Under the pieces are notes generated by a model, which saw only the letters and a list, made by a program, of their open reading frames with translations, searched no databases and was not told where the DNA came from. A program made the translations under genes and the position numbers. Positions 1-13,575 of a stretch of 64,000 nt of DNA are shown here, one piece after another. The first letter of the stretch is position 1. Each line of letters starts with the position of its first letter. This DNA comes from Azolla caroliniana (taxonomy: Eukaryota > Plantae > Polypodiophyta): the NCBI GenBank assembly GCA_043228905.1, contig JBHGNT010000005.1, forward strand, positions 5,580,001 through 5,644,000, read 5' to 3'.

Positions 1-350
1 AAGATTTTAAAACTCTATGTGATAGGCGGGGGAAACAACCATTTCGGAGGCTGAAAATACCAATAACGAGTGCCGTAATTGGATGTCATGAATGGAGTAG
101 CCGTCTAGATGATAAGAAACTCATGCTGTTGAGCAATTTTAGCATCAAAATCTCCAACTATACCATCCCATTGGCCCTTCAGAGTATGAACAATGTCTAA
201 CCAAATATTTGAAACCAAATCACCTGGTGATGTTTTAAGACAATAATACTACACTTACTCTTTTGAGCCTGCCAATTTGGACATGACGAATATGGACGTA
301 ACTAAATACATTACTATGCCATGCATATGATGGTTTGGCCATAGGGACAT

Positions 351-908
<558 letters not shown>

Positions 909-1265
909 GCCCTTTGAAACGTAAGTGAACAAAACAAAAAGAAACAAAAAAAGAAAACAGAACAGAACAGAGGTTCCTTTCCCCTGCCCCTGTCTCTGTC
1001 TGTCTGAATTCAGAAAGACTTGCTGCAGCATGAATGAACATGGCCATGGCTATGGCGATCAAATAACACCTAACCTTCTTCATACACACATACATGCATG
1101 TCTCTATCTCTCTGCTCTGTTCTGCTCTGTTCTGCTCTCTCCTTCTCTCTGTCTCTCTGTCTCTCTGTCTCTCAATGTGATGGAGCTCTCTTGATCCCCA
1201 GCTACAGATCAACCACCACCAAAAAGCTAATGCAACCGCAGCCAGAGCTCTGAGAGAGAAAAGAG

Positions 1266-3699
1266 ATGGGTTTCTGTGTTAGGGTTCTGTTCAGTTCTCT
1301 CTACTTGCTATGCCTCTGCTCCTGCTTCTGCTGCTTCTGCTTACTCTGCAGGTCTGCGCCTGTGGAGCAAATCAGAGCTGTTCTCGGAGATCTGAAAGGA
1401 GGAGACACCTCTTCATGGGATACGAGTGGAAGCCATCCATGTAGCTGGAAGGGGGTCCTCTGTAACAACAGCAACAGCATCAGCGATGGCGATGGCGATG
1501 GCGATGTGGTGGAGCTCTCTCTCTCAGGATATGGCCTCCATGGCTTCATCTCCTCGGACATTTCTCTCCTGGCTCAGACCCTCTCCTCCCTCGATCTCTC
1601 CAACAACTCTCTCTCGGGTGCCATCCCGCCCTCTCTCTCCGACTGTCTCGCCCTGTCATATCTCAACCTCAGCACCAACAAGCTCTCCGGCTCCATCCCT
1701 GCTTCGCTCGGAAAGATGCAAGACCTGCGAATTCTCGATCTTTCTCAGAATGAGCTCATCGGTTCCATCCCTGACAGTATCATCAACAACCTAACATCCC
1801 TTGAGATTCTCATACTGGATTCGAATCATCTTAATGGAAGCATACCTTCCGATTTGAGCGCCTTGACTGCCCTTACACAACTATCCCTCGCGAAGAACTC
1901 CATCTCCGGCCTCATCCCCGACATGAGCAGCCTGTCCAGCTTGCAGATATTCTCTGCATATCAGAATAGCCTCAGTGGCCCCATTCCTGAGATGGGCCTG
2001 CCCAATCTCCACTCAGTGAATCTCGCATCGAATCAGTTGGTGGATGAGATTCCGAAGAATCTCTGCTATTCGAAGCAGCTGAAGGTGCTTGTTTTGTCTA
2101 ACAATGACCTCACAGGCCACATACCCGAAGAGCTCGGTTCATGCTCCACTTTGCAGAATCTGAGGCTTAGTTGGAATTTCCTCGACGGAAGTATCCCCGA
2201 GAGCTTTGGGCAGTTGGAGAATCTTGTTTATTTCGAAGCGAATCATAACGGCTTGTCAGGTGAGATACCATTAAATATCTCTAGTTGGAAGAATCTAAGC
2301 CTTCTCAACCTCGCACATAACTCCTTAAGGGGGAATATCCCTTCCCAATTGGGCTTGGCTTCTTCCCTAGAGGAGCTACTATTATCTGGCAACCAATTCT
2401 CTGGATTGATTCCAATCGAGATTATGCAATGCAAAAACTTGAATGTGCTCGATTTGAGTGTGAATGGATTGAATGGGTCTTTACCAGACACCCTTTGCAG
2501 CCTGCCCAAGCTCACAAATCTTCAGCTCGAGAGCAACTTTTTCTCGGGCTCCATCCCTTCCTCTATTGGAAGTTGTGGCGAACTGTTAGAACTGCAATTG
2601 GGAGACAATGAATTGGAGGGGAACATCCCAGCAAGTATTGGAAACTTAGTTAATCTTCAAGTTTCACTCAATCTGAGCTTGAATAGACTGAGTGGTAATA
2701 TTCCTGACACACTTGGGCGATTAAGCAAGCTGGTTTCATTAGATCTCTCGGACAATCTACTTTCGGGTGAGATTCCACCAAGCCTAGTTGGAATGTCTAG
2801 TCTACTGGATTGGAATTTCTCGCACAATCTATTGTCAGGGCCTGTCCCATCGATGGGTCCTCTATCAAACGGCTCTTTGAGTAGTTTTGCAGATAATGCA
2901 GGGCTTTGTAATGCTCCTTTTCCTCCATGTTCAGAACTATCTGGAGGCTCTGAAGGAAAGGCAAAGCACTATGCATTCACCTTTTGGAAGGCAGCAGGAG
3001 TTGCCATTGCTTGTGCAGCTGTAGCCTTGATAATTATTGCTGGAATCGCTGCTATTCTTGTACGGAATCGGCATTTCTCATCCACAGTTGATGCCTCCCC
3101 ATCACCCACAGTGACTCGGATCTTCTCGGAAGAGCTTGAGAGATCCATTGACTTCAAAAGCATTAAAGAAGCAACTGCAGGAAACTCAAATGTGATAAGC
3201 CGCAACCATTTTAGCACAATCTACAAGGCTTCTATGCCTTCAGGTTTACTCTTGTCAGTCAAAAAGCTTCATTCCCCTGAGAAAGGCCTAGTTATTCATC
3301 AAAGGAAGCTTGTCTTGGAGCTCGACAAAGCATGGAAATTATCACATGAGAACATCATGCAATCAGTGGGATACTACCTAGAGAATGATCTAGCCATTGT
3401 CATTTACGATTTCGTACCATCCTGTAGCCTTGGTCAGAAGCTTCACTGGAATTTTGAGAAATTCTTGAGTTGGTCCAATCGATATCACATTGCCATAGGT
3501 GTGGCTCAAGGCCTAGCATTTCTTCATCACTCGTGCAACCCGCCATTGTTGCATATGGATGTTAGTTCAAGCAACATTTTCTTGGGTCCTCATTCAGAGG
3601 TGAAGGTTGGCGATTGTGAAGTCACGAAGCTCTTGGATCCATCCAAACACACAGGGAGTGTTAGCGCCGTGGCTGGATCATTTGGTTACATTGCTCCAG
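1266..3699 (+). CDS. PXC3: LRR receptor-like kinase, PXC3-like, exon 1 (signal peptide, LRRNT, about 18-19 LRRs, TM helix, kinase N-terminal part)
   Basis: LxLSxNxLSGxIP repeats, Cys cap HPCSWKGVLC, TM GVAIACAAVALIIIAGIAAILV, kinase FSTIYKASMPSGLLLSVKKL, HMDVSSSN and VAGSFGYIAP, which recall Arabidopsis PXC3 (At2g41820); donor G|GTTAG at 3700. Confidence 0.88.
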
Positions 3700-4267
3700 G
3701 TTAGAATGACAGAAAGAAAATACTCTCATATATTGGTAAAGCACTCTTTTAGGGTTTTACAAATATCTAACCATGCCTTTGTTCAAATACAGATAAGTAA
3801 GGGTATCCATATATCTAAACTGTTTCAATTTGAGGCAATTGTTTAATGCGACAATGGGTGGGGCTAATGAGTAGGGATTATTGCTATTAAATATGTAATT
3901 AGTGTTAACGAATGATTCTCTTACTAGAGTGAACTGAATTAAGGATTAATCACATGAATCTCTTTACGAGTTAATGGCCGATGTATGCACATTAATATCT
4001 CTACCGATTGAAGTCATTATCCACATCGTATTCAACACATTGCTTAAAATAGTTCAGAATGGATACAATCACTTCTCCGTTTGAACAAGGTCAGGCATCT
4101 TTACAAGAAGTCCCAAATTTATATAGGTTAGAATAAGGGTATATAACTGTGCATCGCAAATTTTAAATGGTTTAGATCAAGGATCATTACTTCTCTCTCT
4201 CTTTTCAGGATAGCTTGATGTATCTATCCTTCTGATGTTTTAATCATATAATGGTAAATTTTTGCAG

Positions 4268-4620
4268 AATATGCATTCACCATGCGTGTGACATTAGCGA
4301 GCAACATATATAGCTTCGGTGTTGTTCTCTTGGAGCTTCTCACGGGCCGTCGGCCTATCGAGGAGTCTTTCGGAGATGGGTTGGATCTCGTGAACTGGGT
4401 GAACGGAGCTTCCGCGAGAGGAGAGATGCCCGAGCAAGTATTGGACGCAAGGATCAGCGGTCAATCTTTTGCGTCTCGTCAGGAGATGCTAGCCGTCTTG
4501 AAGCTCGCCGTGCTGTGCACTGATGCATCTCCTCTGAAGCGGCCTCGGATGCGGAAGGTTCTTGAGATACTTCAGGGTGCAAAAGTGCCATCGCAAGCAC
4601 ATTCACCCATCCTTTCATAG
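4268..4620 (+). CDS. PXC3: LRR receptor-like kinase PXC3-like, exon 2 (kinase C-lobe); spliced protein about 928 aa
   Basis: Acceptor TTTTTGCAG at 4259-4267; phase-1 splice restores APE-YAFTMRVT...NIYSFGVVLLELLTGR...WVNGASARGEMPEQVLDA; TAG at 4618-4620. Confidence 0.88.
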
Positions 4621-4766
4621 ATACATATAGAAAAAAGTCTTATGCTATGCTAAAGGGCATCCATTGAAGCTCCCATTACTTCTGATATATATTAACACAT
4701 ACCTGAGGTTTTGCAAAGTCTAAGTCACTCTTCATTACATTGTCTCTGTTTCTGTCTCTCTTTTTG

Positions 4767-4768
<2 letters not shown>

Positions 4769-4847
<79 letters not shown>

Positions 4848-4848
4848 T
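4769..4848. repeat. (AT)n/(ACATAT)n microsatellite in the 3' flank of the RLK
   Basis: Read directly. Confidence 0.9.
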
Positions 4849-5388
4849 GATTGTTTGAATAGTATTGCAGTGTTAAACAGGTGAAGTTGCTCTAAGAGAG
4901 AAAACTCACATGCACAAGAGTGATGATGCTACCATAACGTGCCGAACATATGAGCTCAAATCCTGTGGGCCACCTTTCAATGTACCCTCTTGGTGCATTT
5001 TGTCCAACGTTTTAACTTCGGAAAAAGAAATGAGCTTCCATCCCCCCCCCCCCCCTTCCTCCTATTTGTGTCTTCAAATCATAGGTAATAATGTCTTACA
5101 CCAAAAAATCGTGGTTTTTGGCAGTTTACCTCCATTTTCAAAAGCCCTGCTCATAGTCATTGTTAAGAGTTCACATTGAGAGTTTGCTTGACAAAGTTCG
5201 CTAAAAACCCTTCTCTAAGACAGATTAGAATAAATCGCATTGATTGTCTTCTTTTTCCATGGGCTGGAAAATGAGTCTTCCTTTTCTGAAATTCATTTTC
5301 CACTTTTATTGCTGAAATTTATGGTATGTGTGACTTTGGCTTCAATTAGCACTAAACGTCATCGTTGAATTATAGTTTATTGAGTTTG

Positions 5389-5806
5389 TTTGTTTGCAAT
5401 GTACTTGTCCCCAAAGTTCTCTTATTTTGAAAGGAACTTCCAAGTCTCAAATCACATAGTCGGATCCCTCTCATTGAATACTCCAAAAGTGAGTCTTCAA
5501 CAACAGTAAATTGTGTTTGTTTGTCTCGAATGCACTTGTCCCCAAAGTTCTCTTCTGATAGGAACTTCAAGTCTCAAACTCCATAGTTTGGTCTCTCCCA
5601 TTGAATACACCAAAAATGAGTCGTTCTATGTAATCCGTTGTTTTTCTGAAATTGATGATATGTGAGACCAGAATTGAAAAAAATCAGACCACTGTAAAAT
5701 GATTGTACATCGAGTCCCCCTATAGTGTACCTATCCCCAAAGTTCTTTTTGAAAAGAATTTCAAGCATTCAACTTTATAGTTCGACCCTTGTCATTCAAT
5801 ACTCCT
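5389..5806. repeat. Degenerate tandem repeat, 3 copies of a ~110-130 bp unit (TCCCCAAAGTTCT...GGAACTTCAAG...CATTGAATACTCC)
   Basis: Unit cores at about 5401, 5531 and 5727. Confidence 0.65.
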
Positions 5807-8211
5807 TCCCCGACACAAGCCTCAGAAATCCTTGATAAAAAATTGTTAGCCTTTTCCTCAAAAGGTGGACTTCGCACTTTTCTACACTCACTTTTAGTTT
5901 CTAATATCTATCTTTTTGAACTTAGAAAAAGCAACTAAAATTTAAACAACAATATGTAAATTTCTTTCACAATGTTGTTAAATCTTCAATAGGTAGTGGT
6001 TGTGATGTTATTACTAACTTATTGTTTGATCTTGTCCAATTACTTTCATCTCAAGGTATAGAAATTGTCGCCGCATCGATTCTTGTACCACCTACATAAT
6101 TGCACGTTAGGCTCAGTTTCGATGTAAATCTTAGTTCTCAATGGCAAGAAAAGGCATTCACAAGTGTTCAAAAAGTTCTTTATTTGAACTCCCTATACTC
6201 TCTTGTATAGAATATTTACTTTCATTTTTATCCAATCAATTAAACAAATAATCTCATCAAAATCCAAGAAAAATAGGCATCCACACCACGATTGATGTTT
6301 CAATATCCTAGTTTTCATTGAACTAAGAATCCACACGACAACTTGCAATCGATCCAACAAATAGGACGCAATTGGCTAGATAAAGAAATCAAAGAAGGGA
6401 ATATGATATTTTTTCATTTCATATTGATGTAGTTTTACTTGAAGATATATTTCCTTGTAAGGGGTTTATCATTTGGATGAAGTTTATGTCTCTAACAAGC
6501 TTAGCATAACACATTGCCCTTAGGAACCTACATATTTATCCATAGTGAGGGAATGGATCCCTTCCCAAAACAATGGGCCTCACATTGGATTCTTGGAACA
6601 TAAACAACAAAGTATTAACACTATCCTAAACATACAAGACTTGCCCTATACACAACAAGCTAGGATGAAACAAACACCTTCCACCCTTCAAGCTTTGATG
6701 TTCCTTGATAGTAACACCATGAGCAAGATTACAATCTTAATTGTTGACACAGAGTACTTTTTTGCACCAACTCAGTCACAATTTGGATCTTGATGCTTCT
6801 CAATCATTTCCTCATTCTTAATATTGTTGTCTGGATTGTGGATGCACAATGACTTTGTTGCACCAACTTGATAATCCTGTTGGTACATGATGGATGTGGA
6901 TAAGGTAAATGCACATTGAATATTACAATGGTGACTTGAGTCTTGGCATGTGTTTCTATATTTAGTACCACAAAGTATACAAATTAAATGGATCCAATAC
7001 AATGACCAAAATTTGGCCATTTTGGATATTCAAACTTATAATTTGGAACCTCGGGTATCACCTTGATTAGGGTACACTTCACAAAATATGTTTTTAAAAG
7101 CTTTGTTACTATTGAATGATGTTACAAATAATATAAACATATAGTTTTACAAAACTTAAAGATAGATAAATAGTACATGCAAAGGGAACTTTTGGGGATA
7201 AAAACAAGACTCATAATAAAAGATCATCTTGGTAAAAGGTATTAGACTTATAGATATTATTGTTACTCTTCAAAAGATGATAAAGGAATTAAGGCTCAAT
7301 TGTGGGTCATTTATAAGAATAGAGGAGAAATCCCCGAGGCATGCCCAACCTTCAAGTGAATGATGCAAACAAACAACACAATGGCTTTGAAAGCCCAAGA
7401 TGTGGTAGACCATAGGAGTAAAGAGGAAAAGTTATGGGCCATTAGGAGTAAAGACAAAAAAGGTATCTAATGTATCCTTTTGCCTCCCTTGCCAATTGTA
7501 TTTAAACCCTTGTGGATGAGCAAGTGGATGATGTTCTTTTGTTAAGAAAGTCAACCCTAGTAAGTGTATTCACTTAGTTCTTAAGAGGTGTTCATTTCTA
7601 CTCTCCTCCATTGTAGTTGTCTCTATGATAATATGGTGTTGTTATTATACGTTATCGTTGTGCTCCTCTTACTTAATTAAGTGAAATTATGTGATTATCT
7701 ACCCCTTGTCTATAATCATGTGTTTTAATTACTAATTGCGTGTGTGGTTCTTAATTGGTTGTGCTTGCCCTTAGGTGTTCATCACCTCGACATTTCTATT
7801 TGAATGATTATTTTGAGGGATTACCTATTTCAGATGTGTGTTTGAGTCGACCTCAAAACCAATCAACAACCTTTAATCCATATTTTACTCAAGTCCCTGG
7901 TGCAACTAGCCCTTCTTATAAGTACAATAATTGGTACATGATATGTTCGCCTCACAATTAAGCTATACCATTATAAGCAATTTTTTAAAGTAGTATTACA
8001 TTAGGAATATGAGATAATCAATACTAACTAATCTTCATAACTCCCTTCTATTTAAACCTTGTAGTGCATCAAATAACCAAATCCAATACTGTTTAATATT
8101 TGCATTGCATTTTTCTGTTTTTCTAAGTACAATTATGTTTCACTTAGTACTCACTTCTCATACTATTTGTGTATAAATATTAATTGATTGTCGTTATTTA
8201 CTATTATAGCA

Positions 8212-8956
8212 AAACCATGCCATATCCAAATTCATTGAAAACACAACATTGGGTAGGGGTATGGAACATCAATGGCCAATACAATGTCTTATCCACGATA
8301 TGCACACAATGTTTTGAGGTTGATGACTTCAAAGTTCACATTATGCCAATCTAGAGGAGAAACTATGTAACACTTGCAACAAAGATAATGCATGAGCAAA
8401 TCCCCTTGAGATGTTGAGCATGTGACATGAGAAAGTGACATAGATTTAGAATCTCCAAACTTGATTCTAAAGGTTTTGATGCACATTGACTATGTTTGTT
8501 ATACATTTTGCACTTAAATACATGTATGTATATGTATTTACATCTAAAAATGTAACTATGTATTCTATTTTAAGTTATTAGCATAAGTTGCTTGCTATCA
8601 TCCTTGTTCTAACTTCTCAATTATTCTTTGTATATTCTAGATTTTTCCAAAAAAGAATATACTCCTTTAGTTAAAATATACACAAACTCGATCCCTTTCT
8701 TGGGAAGGCGGAGCCAAGACTATCCCATCTAGATTTTGTTTGTTACAACCTCCAAGTAGTGGAAGATTATAATCAAGTTATGTTGTAATGTCAAGTTCTT
8801 TGGGAGGATGCCATGGTGTCGTGATGTGGTGTGTGTGAAGGGAGAAAAGGAACTAAATGTCCAAAGTTTACAATAGCTTAAGGTTTGGTTGAAGATGTAC
8901 CTAGAAGGAGATGAAGCTAAACTAAGAACTAAAGATAACTCAAGTTGCCAAAGCCA
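8212..8956 (+). repeat. Dispersed repeat copy A (homologous to 48580-49236)
   Basis: Colinear near-identity by eye from AAACCATGCCATATCCAAATTCA to AAAGATAACTCAAG..GCCAAAGCCA. Confidence 0.85.
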
Positions 8957-9058
8957 CCATTTGGACGACAAGGTCAAGGCTTCAACCCCCTTACGGGCAA
9001 TCGAAGAAAAAAATTGAGTTGTAATATAATGTGATGACAAAGAAGCAAGTAGTATATT

Positions 9059-9060
9059 CT

Positions 9061-9099
<39 letters not shown>

Positions 9100-9149
9100 C
9101 ATGTTAACGAGCCTTTTGCTAGCATCAAGAAACCATGAAACGATACGAT

Positions 9150-9234
<85 letters not shown>

Positions 9235-9280
9235 TAACGAGCCTTTTGCTAGCATCAAGAAACCATGAAACGATACGATC
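9059..9280. repeat. (CA)n tracts each followed by an identical 50-bp unit (ATGTTAACGAGCC...GATACGATC)
   Basis: Units at 9101-9150 and 9231-9280. Confidence 0.85.
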
Positions 9281-9300
9281 GAGTGCATGCTAAAAGAGAG

Positions 9301-9733
9301 GTATTGTTTTTATTCAATAAGGAGCTCAAAAATGCTATAATATAAGCAAGAGGGCTAATAGTTAGTTTCGTTGTTTTGAGAATTCAAGTGCCTAGGCTTT
9401 GACACGAATCAAAATAATAGAGTAGCAAATAATGAGGGGGTGGGGTGTGGTATTGTTTTTATTCAATAAGGAGCTCAAAAATGCTATAATATAAGCAAGA
9501 GGGCTAATAGTTAGTTTCGTTGTTTTGAGAATTCAAGTGGCTAGGCTTTGACACTAATTGATATAATAGAGTAGCAAATAATGAGGGGGTGTGGTATTGT
9601 TTTTATTCAATAAGGTTCTAAAAAATGCTAGGATATGAGCGAGGGATCATTGTTAGTTTTGCTGTTTTGAGAATTCAAATGCCCGTGCTTTGACACTAAT
9701 CATCGAAATCATAGAGTAGCACGTCATGAGGGC
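9301..9733. repeat. Tandem repeat, 3 copies of a ~145-150 bp unit
   Basis: Units begin GTATTGTTTTT(T)ATTCAATAAGG at 9301, 9450 and 9594. Confidence 0.9.
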
Positions 9734-10559
9734 ATCTAGAAAAACTACGATGGAGAAAGGCATTTTGGGTCCTTTATGGATAAGTTTTTTTAATATCAAG
9801 TGCATTTTGGGCTCTTTGTGGATAAGTATACTAGATGTATTTATTTTTTATACTTGTATATTAAGCAAATAATAATACAAAAATGAGCAATTTGATAGAG
9901 TAACTTTAAAGTATACTACGTATAATACCAATTGCAAGGTATGATACGTATGTAAATGTTAAATATACAATGCATAAAGAACCTTTGTGGGGAGACTTAC
10001 GCAATACTAAGGAATCTTTGTGGGGAGACTGATCTTTGGTCCTCTTGGAGGGTTTCAAAAACTCATAATTGTTGTAGAGATAAGAATGCTCTTTGTAGCT
10101 TGTAAATTCACAAAGATCAACTCCTCGTATTCTTGTGTCTTCTCAACACTCAGTTGTTGTAAGTCCTTAAGAAGAAGTCATTGAATCTCTTGCTCTAGTT
10201 CCACAAATTTGGTTGTAAGACATGTTGGTTGTTGTTAGTATAGTTCCATTACTCCTCAGTTTTGGTGTTATTCTATGGACTCGAGAAACTAGTGAAGCAA
10301 CTTTGGTAGGAGCCAATCATAGTGACTTGGGAACAAGAAATGGTGCACTAGAGGGTGCCAAGGGAATCAGTTCTTGGAGTGTTTGTGGTTGCTAGAGATT
10401 GAGGAACATTGATAGAGTCAAGTACGATGTAAGAAAGATGCTAGTAATTGGACTTTGTGTAATGATAACTACCTCAGCACTTAATTAAAAATGTTAACAA
10501 AATTAATGTAAGGAATTTTCTAACCCCCCCCCCCCCCCCCCACTTACAATGGGTGTGAC

Positions 10560-11430
10560 CATGAAGTATGGTCACCCACACACTACACTACACTACACGG
10601 GTAATGAAACATGTTGAATTGCCAATTGGCAAGACGAACATTCCACCGAGGAAAGGATTTCCACTTGCTCCAATAAAGAAATTTGCCACATTAATACTCC
10701 CTTCAACTTTCGTAGATATGCTTTCACTCCATGTCTACCATCGAATACAAAAGCGTTGCACATATTCCAATTATGATGCAATCCCCAATATCTCAAATAG
10801 AAAAACAATCTCCATCTCTAACTTTGGGTCCACCTGTGTAATTGTGCAAACACCCACTGTCTAAGTGTCAAATAGCACTGGGGTAAAACTTGCCAAATTT
10901 GAGAAATGTAACTCCAAATCTGAGAAGCAATCGGGCATTGTATAAATCGATGAGTACTATCTTCCATTTGAACAGTGCAAAAAAGCAATTACCCGTTGCT
11001 AGTCCATGACACTTTAGAGCTAATCCCAAAGGCAATCCTCCAATCAAAACTCTCCAAATGAAGACCTTTGCTATAAGTGGCAATTTAGAATGCCAACTAC
11101 GTTGTAAGATTTGCCACTACCCATGATCAGATTTGTGTAATCTCCATTCTTCTTTAGCCTTAGATGATACCATCCAAGAGACTCAATAGAGCAATGATAC
11201 AAAAGATTAGTAGTCACTTGTAACAATGATGTTTGACCCTTTAAACACCAATCAATCCACGATTGTTCTCTTGTTTGTAGAGGTAAGGGACCTTGCATCA
11301 ATGGAATATTTTGTAGTTGTTGCCAAATAAACCTATAATTAGGTGGAATGCGTAATAATTGCCATGCTTCAACAAACTCCAAAATTCTTTGAGATGGAGC
11401 CTCAACTATATCTCCCACCTCTTTGACCCC

Positions 11431-11432
<2 letters not shown>
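10560..11432 (-). mobile_element. Degenerate L1-type LINE ORF2 3' fragment (zf-RVT region)
   Basis: KVFIWRVLIGGLPLG...GNCFF with downstream H..IQC across a frameshift; truncated at a (CT)n tract; left boundary approximate. Confidence 0.65.
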
Positions 11433-11476
<44 letters not shown>

Positions 11477-11491
11477 AGTGTAACAAACATT

Positions 11492-11554
11492 GCTTCAATA
11501 GCTCGACTGGTTAGGGCGTATGGTTGTTAACCATAAGGTCAAAGGTTTGGAGCG
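11492..11554 (+). pseudogene. tRNA-Asn(GTT) pseudogene lacking most of the T-arm
   Basis: Acceptor GCTTCAA/TTGGAGC, D-arm GCTC..GGGC, anticodon arm TATGG-TTGTTAA-CCATA, AGGTC variable loop, then about 11 nt of T-arm missing. Confidence 0.75.
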
Positions 11555-12311
11555 ATTGGCTAAAGAAAAGGTTCTCACATGAGACTTGTCAATGTTCCTA
11601 CAATAATACTATATAAACAAACTTGGAATGCTAGATGTAAGCTACAAAAGAATCATAAAGAGTAAAATTCTCTCATCCGGTTGGGTTCTTGACATAAGAA
11701 AATGGTTTAGGAGATGGGGTGTGGATGATCTTAAGCTTTCGGGTGATATTATGCAATATGTAATGATTATTAAGGATGAAGTGGGAAGATGCTAAGAGGA
11801 CAAAGCTAGAATACTACATTGCAAATGTCAACCCTGAATGTTGGTCTCAATATAAAGCAAGAATGCTTATTGATCGTATCCAACCTTATCTCATTACCAA
11901 TATGAGTAGTAATGCTCGTAGAGCCCTAACACTACTTCGAACTGGATCTCACAAGTTAGGTATTGAAGTTGCATCATGGTAACAAAATGTAAACATTTTG
12001 AAGGCATGTAAAGTATGCAATGAAGGCATGGTAGAGGATGAATGTCACTTGCTCTTCACATGCTCGACATATAGTGCAATTCGTTCAAGATATGCTGACA
12101 TACTAAGAAGGAGTGATACCTTAAGTGCCATACTTAAGACACCACCTAGAAGGTTGAACTCATATGTGTATGCTTTATTCACGCATAGAGACTTTTTACT
12201 TTAGTGTATGAATACCCCTTTTTAGGAAGGAGACACATATCAAGAACACATGCATACTTTGGTCCCATAGGTCGAAATTGGTCTCTTTATGGACGATAAA
12301 AATTCTAATTC
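11555..12311 (+). mobile_element. Non-LTR retrotransposon 3' end, RTEX/Daphne-like, degenerate
   Basis: LRTGSHKLGIE followed by CKVC...EDECHLLFTC C-terminal zinc finger; ends GGACGATAAAAATTCTAATTCT short-repeat tail. Confidence 0.65.
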
Positions 12312-13279
12312 TCCCTGGACATTCTTTTTGGGACTTTTATAGAGGTGGGTGATGGGGCTTGGTCGCACCCCCATCACCTATCATTTGGACATGTTGTATT
12401 AAAGGTGTATTCAGCCTAAAACATATCCATGCTTTATAGTTGACATGTCCAACATGGCTTTATTGATTGTAGCTGAATAAGATAATGTCTTATCTTGAAA
12501 TCCTCCAATTAGAATATGATTGTGTTGTCAAAGACCTGATTATGAGGGAGAGGAAGGCCAAGCGGCTACATGTCATATTATTAGGGCTTATTCATTGGTA
12601 ACCTATGAACTTAGGTTAAACTAAAAAGTAAAATGGTGGGAATCACATCTAAAATGATAGTTTTCTAGCTAAAGCTTGGATCCCTACACAAGAGGTCATG
12701 GCTTCAAGTCCCCTAAAACCTATAACATTTTGAGGTGTCATGAGGGTCTCTAGGATCGTGACTCATCTTAACAATTGGCCAACGCCCATTAGACCAATTA
12801 TCACTCAACTTGGCCCACCTCTCTTCTAATGGTTATTGATTGTAAACTTGAGGTCATTCATCATTTACTACAATTTAAGATTGTCCACCTCTTGGCAAAC
12901 AAATATCCACCATCATACAACCATCAATTGTCAAGCCAAAGATAATAGCTTAATTCTTAGTGAAGGCTTAAATTTGGCTTGATTATAACTCTATGTGGTG
13001 ATCACTCAACTCTCATTCCATACCTTTTTCTTCACTCTTCCCTATGCATCTTCTAATGCTTCATCCTTCACCTACTCAATGATGTTGCTTCTTCACCCTC
13101 TCTACTTCATTACTAGCATTGACAATGACGTCCCATTGGAAACAATAAAGTGATAGAGGGAACACTATTGCAATGGTGGTGACATGCCCTTAGACAACAA
13201 CAATGGCAACCCAATGGAAACGAAACTATGGATTTGGGATATCGAATATCACAACTTGATGGCATCTCTCATGTAGGGC

Positions 13280-13575
13280 AAACATTACTCGATGGTTGAG
13301 CCTTACTCTATCACTATGAACATTGAAGGCTCTCTCATTATTCACCTCATTATTGTTTGCTCCACAAGATGTGGTTCATCCCATATTGTGCCAAGATCTC
13401 CCCAGTGCGTCAATTCATATTCACCTAACAATCACACAAGATCTGTTGGAGTTTAAATAAACTCAATACATACCAATTGTGCTTAACCATTCACCTGTTA
13501 GAAGCAAAAATCAAATCCACATATATGCTTGGAAGTGGACATTGCTAAAGATCTTCAAAAGGTCATCCATATTTT
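13280..13575 (+). mobile_element. Possible highly degenerate L1 ORF1 remnant
   Basis: Peptide KSNPHICLEVDIAKDL resembles the ORF1 RICVEVDLxKPL motif; otherwise stop-riddled. Confidence 0.3.

Noticed and set aside
7260-10548. Possible old LTR remnants (ending AATCAACA near 7868 and C-run-CACTTACA near 10548)
   Set aside because: No partner LTR, PBS or TSD could be identified
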